Positions 8,933 through 16,988 of a stretch of 54,446 nt of DNA are shown here, one piece after another (position 1 is the first letter of the stretch; each line of letters opens with the position of its first letter). Both the position numbers and the translations under genes were made by a program. The notes under the pieces are model-generated. The model was given only the letters and a program-made list of their open reading frames with translations, searched no databases and had not been told where the DNA came from. The stretch comes from a virus (Duplodnaviria > Caudoviricetes), in the IMG/VR virus record IMGVR_UViG_3300022929_000034, positions 1 through 54,446 of that record; one strand, 5' to 3'.

Positions 8933-9297
8933 AGTACCACCTCAGTCGATCCGCACGCCAGCATGCGGAACTCGTCGAACGAGTGCTGGAGCACGCAGTC
9001 GATGGCGGCGTCCTCGTCCTTGGCGTGCACGTCGATGGTGTAGTGGTGGTTCTTGCCCGCAGTCAGGGCCTCGACGGTGAAGACCGGCAGGGCCACGCCT
9101 GCGAGTACCGCGTCCAGCGCGTCGCGCAGTTGGCGGGCCGTCTCGATGGACATCGACGTGCCCACGCTGGTGACGCCAGCGCTGCGCTGGGCTTGGATCG
9201 ACAGCCAGACACCGTCGGTGCCGTAGGGCTCGACGAAGATCTTGTCGTCGTCGTTGCGGATGATGTGGTCTAGGCTCTCGTCGAATACTTTGTTCAT
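8929..9297 (-). CDS. Hypothetical protein
   Basis: 122 aa; GGAG RBS, downstream of a predicted promoter. Confidence 0.75.
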   Translation of the reverse strand: MNKVFDESLDHIIRNDDDKIFVEPYGTDGVWLSIQAQRSAGVTSVGTSMSIETARQLRDALDAVLAGVALPVFTVEALTAGKNHHYTIDVHAKDEDAAIDCVLQHSFDEFRMLACGSTEVVL

Positions 9298-9335
9298 GGT
9301 GTGCTCCGGTGTGTGTGTGTGTTGAAGACAGCGCT

Positions 9336-9387
9336 AGTATAACTCAAAGTTACAGCATTTTGCATACCCGGAAAAAAATATTTCTAT
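9336..9387 (-). promoter_or_regulatory. Predicted leftward promoter
   Basis: -10 TATACT (9336-9341) with the AAATATTT box 34 bp away; same layout as 11157-11208. Confidence 0.55.
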
Positions 9388-9641
9388 CAATGCACCCGCT
9401 TCGATAGCCTGTGCCTAATGTTGTAGGCCAGCATTTCGATGTCCACGCAGTCCTCGGCCAGTTTCGCGCACGCCTCGTTCTCCATGGCCACGGCCTGCCG
9501 GGCCGCGTCGATGGCGAAGGCCATGATCTCGGCCTTGGCCTCCTCCAACGCCCGGTCGAATTCCTTCTGCGTAAACATTTGCACGGTGTTGCTGTGGCCA
9601 AGTATCTGCCGGGCCAACGGGCTCAGTTCTGGTTTGCTCAT
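9387..9641 (-). CDS. Hypothetical protein (ExxACAK-type small phage protein)
   Basis: 84 aa; RBS AGGAG/AGGA; ENEACAKLAE motif. Confidence 0.7.
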   Translation of the reverse strand: MSKPELSPLARQILGHSNTVQMFTQKEFDRALEEAKAEIMAFAIDAARQAVAMENEACAKLAEDCVDIEMLAYNIRHRLSKRVH

Positions 9642-9644
9642 GTC

Positions 9645-9866
9645 CTACTCCTGTGAATTGCCCATGACCCGGCCTTCCATGACCTTGTTGGCCATGCGCA
9701 GGTCCTTGTTCTCCTGCTTCAACCGGTCCACGGTCGTCGTCAGGTACGTTATCCGGGCCGTAGCGCCCTCGATCCAGTCCGCGACGTCCTTGGGCATCCG
9801 GTAGGTCTGGACGCTGTCCACAGCCGATTCTGTGGGCGTTGCCGGGGCTTTCTTTGTTGTGGCCAT
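9645..9866 (-). CDS. Hypothetical coiled-coil protein
   Basis: 73 aa; AAGGAG RBS. Confidence 0.75.
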   Translation of the reverse strand: MATTKKAPATPTESAVDSVQTYRMPKDVADWIEGATARITYLTTTVDRLKQENKDLRMANKVMEGRVMGNSQE

Positions 9867-9883
9867 GCTGGCTCCTTGGTTGT

Positions 9884-9901
9884 GGCCCCCCGAAGGGGGC
9901 C
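9884..9901 (-). terminator. GC-rich UUCG hairpin (terminator or stabiliser)
   Basis: Minus strand GGCCCCC-UUCG-GGGGGCC just after the DUF932 stop; no U-tract. Confidence 0.45.
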
Positions 9902-9909
9902 GGGTTGGT

Positions 9910-10791
9910 TTACAGGTACGCGTGCTCGTGGGCCTCGACGAACTGGTCGGTGGCCTTGTCCAGCTTCAGGGCGGCCATGGTATCGGCCAGCGTCCACAGC
10001 GCCTTGTTGAGCTTGACATTCTCGGTGACGCCGCCCACCGCGCGTGTCGTCATGCGACGGCCGGTGGCGCTGCGGCCGGAGACGCCGCCCTTGAGCATGT
10101 TCTCCTGCACGCGGTTGAACGTGGTCCACAGGTCGGCCTTGTTGTCCTGCCAGCGGTTGGCCGTCAGCATGCGGTAGGGCGTGACCGGGGCGTCGTCACC
10201 CCAGCGGGCTTGCCCTGCGGCCTTGGCGAACGCGACCTGCTCGTCGTGGTCCAGCGTGATGGCCTTGTAGTCGGCGATGCGGCTGCCGATCTGCTTGGCG
10301 TCCTCCAGCACCCGGGTAGCGCCCTCGATGACGTCGTCGACGATGCGGCCGCTGTGCCGTACGCGGATGTTGTTGAACATATCGCCCGCGATCAGGCCGT
10401 TGGAGCACACGAAGCGGAACACGCCGGACATGATCTGGTAGCTGGAGCTGCCGTCGTGGCTGTTCAGCAGGATGATCTCGGGCACCTCCTCGCTGGTGGC
10501 AATCGAGTTGAGGTGACGCATGCGCACCATGTGCTTGGTGTGCTCACGCTTGTCAGCGCTGCGGACCATGGTCTGACGGATCTCGTAGGGCTCGAAGCCC
10601 TCGGCACGCAGGCCGTCTATCACTTGGATCGTGGGGATGAAAGCGTAGCGCTCACCACGGGAGTGGTGGGCCTCGCTGGCCATCACGCTGGGCGCGTGGT
10701 AGGCGATCTGGTCGTTGCTCAGGGGGCTCGTGGAGCGGAATGTGGTCTGAGCGGAAGCGGTTGCGAAACGGATCATGATGAGGTCTTTCAA
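9910..10791 (-). CDS. DUF932/DUF945 family plasmid-phage protein
   Basis: HHSRGERYAFIPT...REHTKHMVRMR...EIILLNSHDGSSSYQ..SGVFRFVCSNGL...DLWTTFNRVQEN signature; true start may be 10776. Confidence 0.85.
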   Translation of the reverse strand: MKDLIMIRFATASAQTTFRSTSPLSNDQIAYHAPSVMASEAHHSRGERYAFIPTIQVIDGLRAEGFEPYEIRQTMVRSADKREHTKHMVRMRHLNSIATSEEVPEIILLNSHDGSSSYQIMSGVFRFVCSNGLIAGDMFNNIRVRHSGRIVDDVIEGATRVLEDAKQIGSRIADYKAITLDHDEQVAFAKAAGQARWGDDAPVTPYRMLTANRWQDNKADLWTTFNRVQENMLKGGVSGRSATGRRMTTRAVGGVTENVKLNKALWTLADTMAALKLDKATDQFVEAHEHAYL

Positions 10792-10796
10792 AAGAT

Positions 10797-10810
10797 GCCC
10801 CCGAGGGGGC
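10797..10810 (-). terminator. GC-rich hairpin with short U-tract
   Basis: Minus strand GCCCCCUCGGGGGC-AUCUUUU. Confidence 0.45.
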
Positions 10811-10817
10811 GGGGGGT

Positions 10818-11108
10818 TTAGCGGGAAGTGACTTTGACGGAAGTGATTTGGATGTTCTTGGTGTAGGCGTCGTACGCAACCTCACCGTGCTGCTGGACGA
10901 AGAATTCCTTGTCGAAGATTTTCTTGTCGACGTCTTTGGTAAGCGTGGCCTTGAAGAACGAGCCCTCCATGGACTCACCGGCCAGCTTGATCGCGTCCTT
11001 GATCGCGTCGGCTTCCTTGGTCAGGTCAGCGATCTGTGCCAACAACATGCCCAGACGATCCACGGAACCTTCGTTCAACTCCACCACCAACTTTGCTGCT
11101 TTTGCCAT
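10818..11108 (-). CDS. Hypothetical early protein
   Basis: 96 aa; strong AGGAG RBS after a predicted promoter. Confidence 0.8.
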   Translation of the reverse strand: MAKAAKLVVELNEGSVDRLGMLLAQIADLTKEADAIKDAIKLAGESMEGSFFKATLTKDVDKKIFDKEFFVQQHGEVAYDAYTKNIQITSVKVTSR

Positions 11109-11156
11109 TTTTAACTCCTGTGTGTTTGTGTGTCATCGCGTTGTTGCGATGCCTGA

Positions 11157-11208
11157 AGTGTACCCGCTTTTTGGATGTTACAAGCGTTTATTTGTAAAAT
11201 ATTTCTAT
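11157..11208 (-). promoter_or_regulatory. Predicted leftward promoter
   Basis: -10 TACACT (11157-11162) with the AAATATTT box 34 bp away. Confidence 0.55.
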
Positions 11209-11250
11209 TGTAAATCCCACCACGATAGTTTTTGTAAATAATTCCCAAAT

Positions 11251-11360
11251 TGGCTTCAGGCTTCTGCTTCATGCTTCACCCCCTAAAGGGGGATGAAGCG
11301 AATGAAGCAACCTGCCATGCTTCTGAAGCCTTCTGAAGCAATCTTGAAGCAATGAAGCAA
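11251..11360. repeat. Iteron-like GAAGC array around a palindrome; candidate replication origin
   Basis: Four GCTTC copies (11253-11277), central CCCCCTAAAGGGGG, then six TGAAGC copies (11294-11358). AT-rich flank; directly downstream of the prim-pol/helicase gene. Confidence 0.6.
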
Positions 11361-11386
11361 GCTATTTTTTACAAACATGCAAAAAC

Positions 11387-13450
11387 CTACACGCCACCCG
11401 CGTCCGGCAAACTGACCACGCCATCGTCGTTTTGAGCCAGATGCCCAGCCGCAATGACGTCCCGCAAGTCGCGCCCAGCGTTGGTTTTTCGCTGGTCGCG
11501 CTTGCTCTCGTCGTTCCGTGGGTACTTCGGCCAGACCACCTCGACAATCTCGCTAAAGGTGACGCCGGACCCGGCCAGCTCGATGAGCCGCGTGGCCTCC
11601 TTGACGATGAGCTTGTGCCGCGCCCCGCTCGGCCCCTTGGTGACGGCCACGGACGCCCGGCTGCTGTCGGTGTAGACCACCACGCAGGTCGTCTCCATGT
11701 CGCCGTCGTCGTCCTTTCCGACCGTGACGGTCTCCAGCCTGAAGCCGTACTCGCCGCCGTCTTCTCCGCCCTTCATCTTGGTGACCGTGGCCACGCGGTC
11801 GTTGTCCGAGCGGATGATCTCCATCTCAAAGTCGGCTGCAGCGCGTAGCCCTGACCATCCCCGGGCCCCCCGGGATTCGTCCTTGCCGCTGTGGTGGACC
11901 AGCACGACCATCGCGCCGGTGAGCCGGGTGATCTCGCGGCAGTAGGCCAGCACCTGTCCCATGTCCTCGCCTGAGTTTTCATTGCCGCCCGCCATGACCT
12001 GCGCCAGCGTGTCGATCACGATGACCTCAAACTTGCCCCGGGCGCGTATCTGCTTGATCACGGCCTTGACGTCAATTGCCTCCATGAAGTTGGGTGCCTC
12101 GCCGATGAACTCCATGGGCAGATCGGCCAGCGGTATGCCTTGGTGGGTGCAGTAGCCCAAGACGCGCTTGCGCATGTCCTCCACGCCCTCGGCGGCGATC
12201 CAGCACACGCGGGCGGGGTTTATCTTCTTGCCACGCCACAGGGCCTGCACGGCGTTGGCGGTGTCCTTCACGGCCTGCGCGCGGGCCACGGCGGCCATCA
12301 GGTCGAACAGCCAGAACGACTTGCCCGAGCCCGACGCGCCGTAGATGACGCCCAGCGTGGCCATGGGCACCACGCCCTTGACGATCCACAGCGACTTGCG
12401 GCGCTGGGCGAACTCGGCCGCAGTCTCCAGCTTGAAGCGGTCCTCGGCCTTGGCCCTAGCCTCCTCGGACTTTTTTGTCTGGGCGGCCACCTCGGGGTCG
12501 CTGCTCAGGTCTTGGAAGTCGGCCATGGTGGCGTCCTTGGTGACCGCCTTGGGCTTGGCCTTCTGGCAGTGCTCGACCCACAGGTACTGCAGGGCGCGCT
12601 CGTCGTCCATGCGGCGGTGGGACAGGGCCACGTCGAACAGGGGCTGGCTGTTGGCCATGATGGACAGGACCTCGGCGTCGCTGTAGCCCGCGCTGTAGAG
12701 CTGCACACCGGTGCGGTGCAGGGCCAGTGAGCGGTCGTCGGTCTCGTCGGGGCCGTGCAGCAGTATCTCCTTGGTGGCGTCGGGTATGTCCATGTCCTCC
12801 ACGTCGTCCAGCAGGACGTAGGGGATCAGCTCGGGCATCTGGATGGGTATCACGTTGGCGGTGGTCCGTCCACGGCCGTAGCGGCTGTGCAGGGCGCTCA
12901 GGACCTCTGCCGGGGCCTCGCGCATGAGCGCGGGCCGGTTGTAGGACACGTCGCCCGTGATGGTCAGGAAGCGGGGCGCGTGGCCCGCGTAGACCTCGAT
13001 GCCCACGTCGTGGTTGTTCCAGTCGGTGTGGAAGGTGCCGGTGGCCAGTATGCGGATGCCCTTGCGGCTGGGACTGAACTCGGTGTAGCTGCCAACGGCG
13101 GAGATGATCTCCTGAGCCCACTCGGCGATCTTGCCGTCGGCCACGCAGTCGTCGAGGTCGATGCCCACCACGTCGGTGATGTCGGTGAGCACGAAGCCCA
13201 CGCCCTTGTACTTGTTGGGGTTAAGCCGCTGGGAGCTGTTGGCGGTGTCAAAGTCCACCCAGCGCTTGACGTCCTTGGTGCTCAGGCCGTAGTGGTCAGG
13301 GTGGTAGGGGATCTTGTCGTACTTCTGCCGGGTCTCGTTCCACACGGCCTTCCATGGTGCCCAGCGTCGCATGTCCTTGAGCTGCTGCGGGATGTGCTGC
13401 GGCTTGAATACCTGCCCGATTGGTGGCAGGTCTGGTGTTGTCTGTGTCAT
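11387..13450 (-). CDS. Primase-polymerase fused to RepA/AAA_25-type helicase
   Basis: N-terminal GVGFVL...GIDLDDC...YTEFSPS.KGIR...IEVY...RFLTITG; C-terminal YGASGSGKS, VIVIDTL, LVHHSGKD..RGARG. ATG at 13450 chosen. Confidence 0.9.
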   Translation of the reverse strand: MTQTTPDLPPIGQVFKPQHIPQQLKDMRRWAPWKAVWNETRQKYDKIPYHPDHYGLSTKDVKRWVDFDTANSSQRLNPNKYKGVGFVLTDITDVVGIDLDDCVADGKIAEWAQEIISAVGSYTEFSPSRKGIRILATGTFHTDWNNHDVGIEVYAGHAPRFLTITGDVSYNRPALMREAPAEVLSALHSRYGRGRTTANVIPIQMPELIPYVLLDDVEDMDIPDATKEILLHGPDETDDRSLALHRTGVQLYSAGYSDAEVLSIMANSQPLFDVALSHRRMDDERALQYLWVEHCQKAKPKAVTKDATMADFQDLSSDPEVAAQTKKSEEARAKAEDRFKLETAAEFAQRRKSLWIVKGVVPMATLGVIYGASGSGKSFWLFDLMAAVARAQAVKDTANAVQALWRGKKINPARVCWIAAEGVEDMRKRVLGYCTHQGIPLADLPMEFIGEAPNFMEAIDVKAVIKQIRARGKFEVIVIDTLAQVMAGGNENSGEDMGQVLAYCREITRLTGAMVVLVHHSGKDESRGARGWSGLRAAADFEMEIIRSDNDRVATVTKMKGGEDGGEYGFRLETVTVGKDDDGDMETTCVVVYTDSSRASVAVTKGPSGARHKLIVKEATRLIELAGSGVTFSEIVEVVWPKYPRNDESKRDQRKTNAGRDLRDVIAAGHLAQNDDGVVSLPDAGGV

Positions 13451-13547
13451 TTTTATACCCAAACGTACCCAAATAAAAAGTGAACAACGGCTGCGTGGGT
13501 AGTTCGCTTTTCGGTGCGCTCATGACTTCGCACCTAGCCGTGTTCCG
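13448..13547 (-). ncRNA. Candidate cis-regulatory three-way-junction RNA (C4/CI-antisense-like) in the primase leader
   Basis: P1 GAACACGGCU/AGCCGUUGUUC, P2 GGUGCG/CGCACC, GAAAA linker, P3 GCG/CGC. The P3 loop UACCCA is complementary to two UUUGGGUA copies before the ATG. Confidence 0.55.
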
Positions 13548-13553
13548 AAACGA

Positions 13554-13784
13554 TTATAGGTCCGACGCCGGTGACAGCAGGTCTATAAGCGCGGGGTCAA
13601 TCAGTATAGACCGATGCACGCCGGTGGCCTGCTCGATCTCCCGGATGCGCTCCACGGGCACGTAGCCCTGCCTCACCCAGAACGACACGTTCTGCTGCGT
13701 GCAGCCCAGCATGTCGGCCAGCTTGGCCTGCGACCCTGCGGCCGCCACGGCCTGCTCTATTCCTGACTTCAGTTCGGTGCTCAT
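13554..13784 (-). CDS. Cro/YdaS-like HTH regulator
   Basis: AGSQAKLADMLGCTQQNVSFWVRQGYVP HTH pattern; ATG at 13784. Confidence 0.85.
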   Translation of the reverse strand: MSTELKSGIEQAVAAAGSQAKLADMLGCTQQNVSFWVRQGYVPVERIREIEQATGVHRSILIDPALIDLLSPASDL

Positions 13785-14182
13785 TGTTTTGCTTTCGGTG
13801 GTTTCATTGTTGGCTTCGGGCAGTTGCGTGGGACGTCTTCGATGTCCTCGGCGAGGGCCCAGACCCCCACCCACCTGTCCTTCTCGACGATCCAGCTCCT
13901 GACGTAGGCGTCCCGCATCTTCACGAATATCTCTCTAGCCAAGCGCGTAGTCATGCCGAGGCAGAGCCCTAGGTGGGACGCGGTCATGCCGCCGAGGTAG
14001 TCCTTGCGCATCAGATTGCGCACCTCATCGGCCCGCGTGACCGGGACCGGCACGACGATCACCGACTCCAAGGTCTTGATGGCGTGCCCGTTGGCGCACT
14101 CGTACCGGCGGTACGTGGTGTGCCCGGGCTTCTCCCGCGTCTCCAGCGTGCGGGTCCACGCGTTGCAGGTGGGGCAAATCAT
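13781..14182 (-). CDS. NrdR-like zinc-ribbon protein
   Basis: MICPTC...TRTLETR...YRRYECANGH...TLE. Confidence 0.7.
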   Translation of the reverse strand: MICPTCNAWTRTLETREKPGHTTYRRYECANGHAIKTLESVIVVPVPVTRADEVRNLMRKDYLGGMTASHLGLCLGMTTRLAREIFVKMRDAYVRSWIVEKDRWVGVWALAEDIEDVPRNCPKPTMKPPKAKQ

Positions 14183-14400
14183 ACGATTGTGGTCCTGCGG
14201 TTCGTTGACTTCGGAAAGAACACCAACGAGAAGACGGGGAAGTCCATCGGCTCGTCTGGGGTCACCGTCTCACCGTTGATGAGTACCGCACCTTGGGCCA
14301 TGTGCCTGCGCAACTCCCCATTGCTCATAGGGGTGCAAGGCCGCTCGGCGGACATTGGTATAGCTGGCCGTAGGCCGTTCAAGTATTGCATTACGTTCAT
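14179..14400 (-). CDS. Stand-alone S4-like RNA-binding domain protein
   Basis: SNGELRRHMAQGAVLINGETV matches the S4 core S..EARR.I..G.V.ING. Confidence 0.6.
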   Translation of the reverse strand: MNVMQYLNGLRPAIPMSAERPCTPMSNGELRRHMAQGAVLINGETVTPDEPMDFPVFSLVFFPKSTNRRTTIV

Positions 14401-14555
14401 GCTTTCTTCTCCAAAACGATGCTCTCAAGCAACTCCATTGCGCTGCCAACATCTTCCAATAAATAGTCGGGGAGCCTTCTGTCGGGTTGGCTAAATGCCC
14501 ACGACTCCATTGCGCTCAACAACTTGAGGATGCGCAGTGCTTCTGCTTTAGTCAT
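14397..14555 (-). CDS. Hypothetical protein (not in the ORF track)
   Basis: 52 aa MTKAEALRILKLLSAMESW...; ATGA overlaps on both sides. Confidence 0.65.
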   Translation of the reverse strand: MTKAEALRILKLLSAMESWAFSQPDRRLPDYLLEDVGSAMELLESIVLEKKA

Positions 14556-14977
14556 GTGTTCTTTTCCTTGAGTTTGGCTTCAATCGGCACCCACTCAGAA
14601 AAAGTAGGCCCTCCGCAACCGTTGCACCAAAACTTTCCGTTCGGATGCGTGTTGTATCTGCACGTTGCACAAGCGCGTTGCCACGCCACAGGCTCCTGCA
14701 CTGGCTGCACTGGCTGCACTGGCTGCACTGGCAGGGGTGGTGTGGTGTAAAGCAACGTGCCAATTGGAATGTCATCTACATCCTCCTGCCAATAATCAAT
14801 TGTGTGTTTTTCATCGGACGCAGACCCTTCGCACACCCACGCCACAGGCTCCTGCGCTGGCTGTGCCAATGCTGCTTTGATAGCGGTGATGGCTTCGTCC
14901 GCTGCCCTTGTCTTGCCTTCTTGGTCTGCATACTCTTCCAACGCCTCAATCGCCAGCTTCAATGCTTCACGTTCCAT
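14552..14977 (-). CDS. Mosaic 'AQPAQEPVAW' family hypothetical protein
   Basis: ALAQPAQEPVAW, LYTTPP, (VQP)n repeat, CxxC...CxxC, IEAKLKEKN. Confidence 0.75.
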   Translation of the reverse strand: MEREALKLAIEALEEYADQEGKTRAADEAITAIKAALAQPAQEPVAWVCEGSASDEKHTIDYWQEDVDDIPIGTLLYTTPPLPVQPVQPVQPVQEPVAWQRACATCRYNTHPNGKFWCNGCGGPTFSEWVPIEAKLKEKNT

Positions 14978-15575
14978 TGTTTTTGCTCCTTAGCGCGGCT
15001 TCAGCTTCGTAGATAGCAGCCTGCACAGACTTACCCAAATGACATCCCGCAGCAAAGTGGTTGACCTCATCGTTCGTCAGCCCTACCCATTCGCGCTTTG
15101 GTGGTTTGGTGTAAAGCAAAGTATTAGATTCAAGAGGCTCATCCGTGAGCCACACAATTTCTTCACCGCTAAATCTCACACGCGCCACAGGCTCCTGCGC
15201 TGGCTGTGCCTCAAATTCCGCATTCACTTTATGCGTAGCGCGAACCATTGCGTCTTCAAAGCTTGCCTGCGTGTCACGTTTAATTGATGCCAACTGCTTT
15301 TCAGCAAGCGCACCCCAATCCTCCTCTTGCTCCTGCGCTGGCTGTGCCAAGGCTGCTATGCGTTCAGGTTCTTCAGTTGGCATTACCCATTGCGGGTTAT
15401 CGGCTAACTTCTTGTCAGCCCATGCGTTTAACTCCGCAATCGTAAACCAAGCACGTTCGCCTGCTGGCTCCTGCAACTTGTCCGCAGCCATAGCCCTCTT
15501 GGCTTGAAAGCCGCCACCCCACATCCCCTGCCTACGGGCGAGTTCGTCAAACGCTTCGTCTTCTTCAGTTTTCAT
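14967..15575 (-). CDS. Mosaic 'AQPAQEPVA' family hypothetical protein
   Basis: Two AQPAQE linkers, LYTKPPKREWVGLT, EAALRSKN. Confidence 0.75.
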   Translation of the reverse strand: MKTEEDEAFDELARRQGMWGGGFQAKRAMAADKLQEPAGERAWFTIAELNAWADKKLADNPQWVMPTEEPERIAALAQPAQEQEEDWGALAEKQLASIKRDTQASFEDAMVRATHKVNAEFEAQPAQEPVARVRFSGEEIVWLTDEPLESNTLLYTKPPKREWVGLTNDEVNHFAAGCHLGKSVQAAIYEAEAALRSKNNGT

Positions 15576-15732
15576 TTTCCTTGTCCTTTTTATTTAAGTC
15601 GCCCGGCAGCACTACGGTTATGTATTCCAGCTTGTGCCCGTCAACCAGCACCACATTGGAAACCGCTGCGGTTAGGTTCGTACCGTATATTTTCTTCAAT
15701 GCATCCCACACTTTTTGTGCTTCAGTTTTCAT
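15565..15732 (-). CDS. Hypothetical protein
   Basis: MKTEAQKVWDALKK...; overlaps its neighbours. Confidence 0.55.
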   Translation of the reverse strand: MKTEAQKVWDALKKIYGTNLTAAVSNVVLVDGHKLEYITVVLPGDLNKKDKENEN

Positions 15733-15941
15733 AGCATTCCATTTCGTAAAGTTATGCAGGTGCCCTCGATCAGGGTGATGGTCGCCTCGCCCTTCGCGGC
15801 CATCTTGCGTAAATTGTCCTTCTGCAATTCCACCGCAGCGCGGCATTGCGGTTCAGTTTTGAACCACGTTTGTGATTGCATGAACTCACAGTTGTTGTTC
15901 ATGCAGACAAAGAGGACCGGGATGAAGATGGTCTGGATCAT
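15729..15941 (-). CDS. Hypothetical Cys-containing small protein
   Basis: MIQTIFIPVLFVCMNNNCEF...C...C. Confidence 0.6.
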   Translation of the reverse strand: MIQTIFIPVLFVCMNNNCEFMQSQTWFKTEPQCRAAVELQKDNLRKMAAKGEATITLIEGTCITLRNGML

Positions 15942-16060
15942 GTGAGCAGACTCCATAAAGTAATACCAACGCCGCCCACTACGAACAGCACCACGGCAAC
16001 GGTCAACACTGTGAACAACAGGCTGACCAGCATGTCTTCGTCATCGTCTTCGTCGTTCAT
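15938..16060 (-). CDS. Small single-TM protein
   Basis: MNDEDDDEDMLVSLLFTVLTVAVVLFVVGGVGITLWSLLT; ATGA overlaps. Confidence 0.55.
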   Translation of the reverse strand: MNDEDDDEDMLVSLLFTVLTVAVVLFVVGGVGITLWSLLT

Positions 16061-16188
16061 AGCCACCCCAATCCTTTAAGAGAAGCAAAGATTAAAAGAG
16101 AAAGCCCAATGCAATTGCTGACAATCGGATGAAAGTGTGGGGCCAAGTAAACCGTGCCAAGAACTATTAAAAACTGTGAGTCGGTCAT
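16057..16188 (-). CDS. Small membrane protein
   Basis: MTDSQFLIVLGTVYLAPHFHPIVSNCIGLSLLIFASLKGLGWL; ATGA overlaps. Confidence 0.5.
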   Translation of the reverse strand: MTDSQFLIVLGTVYLAPHFHPIVSNCIGLSLLIFASLKGLGWL

Positions 16189-16391
16189 GCTTTGCCCCTT
16201 GCTCTGATTGCGTCCCCATAAGTTCCGCCACCTTCTTTCAAAATATGGTCAACCATCTTGGCGCACTCCTCACGCTTATGCGCGGCTACCAACTCGGCAA
16301 AGACTGCAAATCGGTTTGGCTCATTGTCATCAAGAGTCCAGCCCCTATGCCAATCCAACCCAGCTTGGTCAGCAAGTTCTCTGATGTTCAT
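16185..16391 (-). CDS. Hypothetical protein (RExCAK-type)
   Basis: IRELADQAG...FAELVAAHKREECAK...AIRARG. Confidence 0.7.
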   Translation of the reverse strand: MNIRELADQAGLDWHRGWTLDDNEPNRFAVFAELVAAHKREECAKMVDHILKEGGGTYGDAIRARGKA

Positions 16392-16573
16392 TTTCCCCTC
16401 GCTTTCAGCATTGCGTCTGCCAATTCGTAGGCTTGTTTACTAAGCTCATCAAAGCTGTAGACGTAATCTTTAAGCACCTGCATAGCCCGTCCCGCAAATT
16501 CATCACGCATGGTCATGTCGCGGGCATAGCCGCCGTGGACTTCCATCCACGTTTTGTCGGTGTCTTCTCTCAT
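16388..16573 (-). CDS. Hypothetical protein (MTxRDxFA...AYxxADAML family)
   Basis: MTMRDEFAGRAMQ...AYELADAMLKAR. Confidence 0.75.
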   Translation of the reverse strand: MREDTDKTWMEVHGGYARDMTMRDEFAGRAMQVLKDYVYSFDELSKQAYELADAMLKARGK

Positions 16574-16764
16574 ATCTGCTCCTTCAGTTCAGTTACTCTG
16601 TCGTGTAGCCGCTTGATGCGGGCGTCGTTGTACATCACCATGTGCGCGGCGTAGTCCAATGCGGTCTCGGCCTCCAGCTTGGCCCGCTGGGCCTGCATCA
16701 GCTCACGCGCGGCCATCTCCAACGGGGACGGCATGGTCAGCAGGCGCTTTATCATGGCAATCAT
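16570..16764 (-). CDS. Hypothetical protein
   Basis: 64 aa; coupled by overlaps. Confidence 0.7.
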   Translation of the reverse strand: MIAMIKRLLTMPSPLEMAARELMQAQRAKLEAETALDYAAHMVMYNDARIKRLHDRVTELKEQI

Positions 16765-16988
16765 GCTTGCTCCACAGGTTCGTAGGTCATCTCAAAGATG
16801 TCAGGCTTGCAGGGGTAGTGTTCGCCCTTCACGCCTGTGATGATGTAGTAGCCCGGGGGAACAAACAATTCTCCTTCAAGCGTTCTGATGGTTGGGACGG
16901 AGTTGTGGTTATAAATCACAGCAGGGTGGTCGCCCATCTTGAACCACTGCACGGCATCAATAACCACGGGCTTCTTGCGGTACTTCAT
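16761..16988 (-). CDS. PGDYG-like phage protein
   Basis: YRKKPVVIDAVQW...TLEG...GYYIITGVKGEHYPCKPDIFEMTYE. Confidence 0.8.
   Translation of the reverse strand: MKYRKKPVVIDAVQWFKMGDHPAVIYNHNSVPTIRTLEGELFVPPGYYIITGVKGEHYPCKPDIFEMTYEPVEQA

Noticed and set aside
9309-9322. (GT)n run as a phase-variable microsatellite
   Set aside because: It lies in an untranslated AC-rich leader like those at 11120 and 17401; no frame or promoter spacing would change.
9832-10821. Long antisense ORFs (also 20759..21691, 22923..23894, 46642..47631, 48255..49121, 52957..54081)
   Set aside because: Mirror frames of real genes in GC-rich DNA, with no RBS or motifs.
11251-11360. CRISPR or mini-array
   Set aside because: Units are 5-6 bp with irregular short spacing and mixed orientation; there is no repeat-spacer structure.
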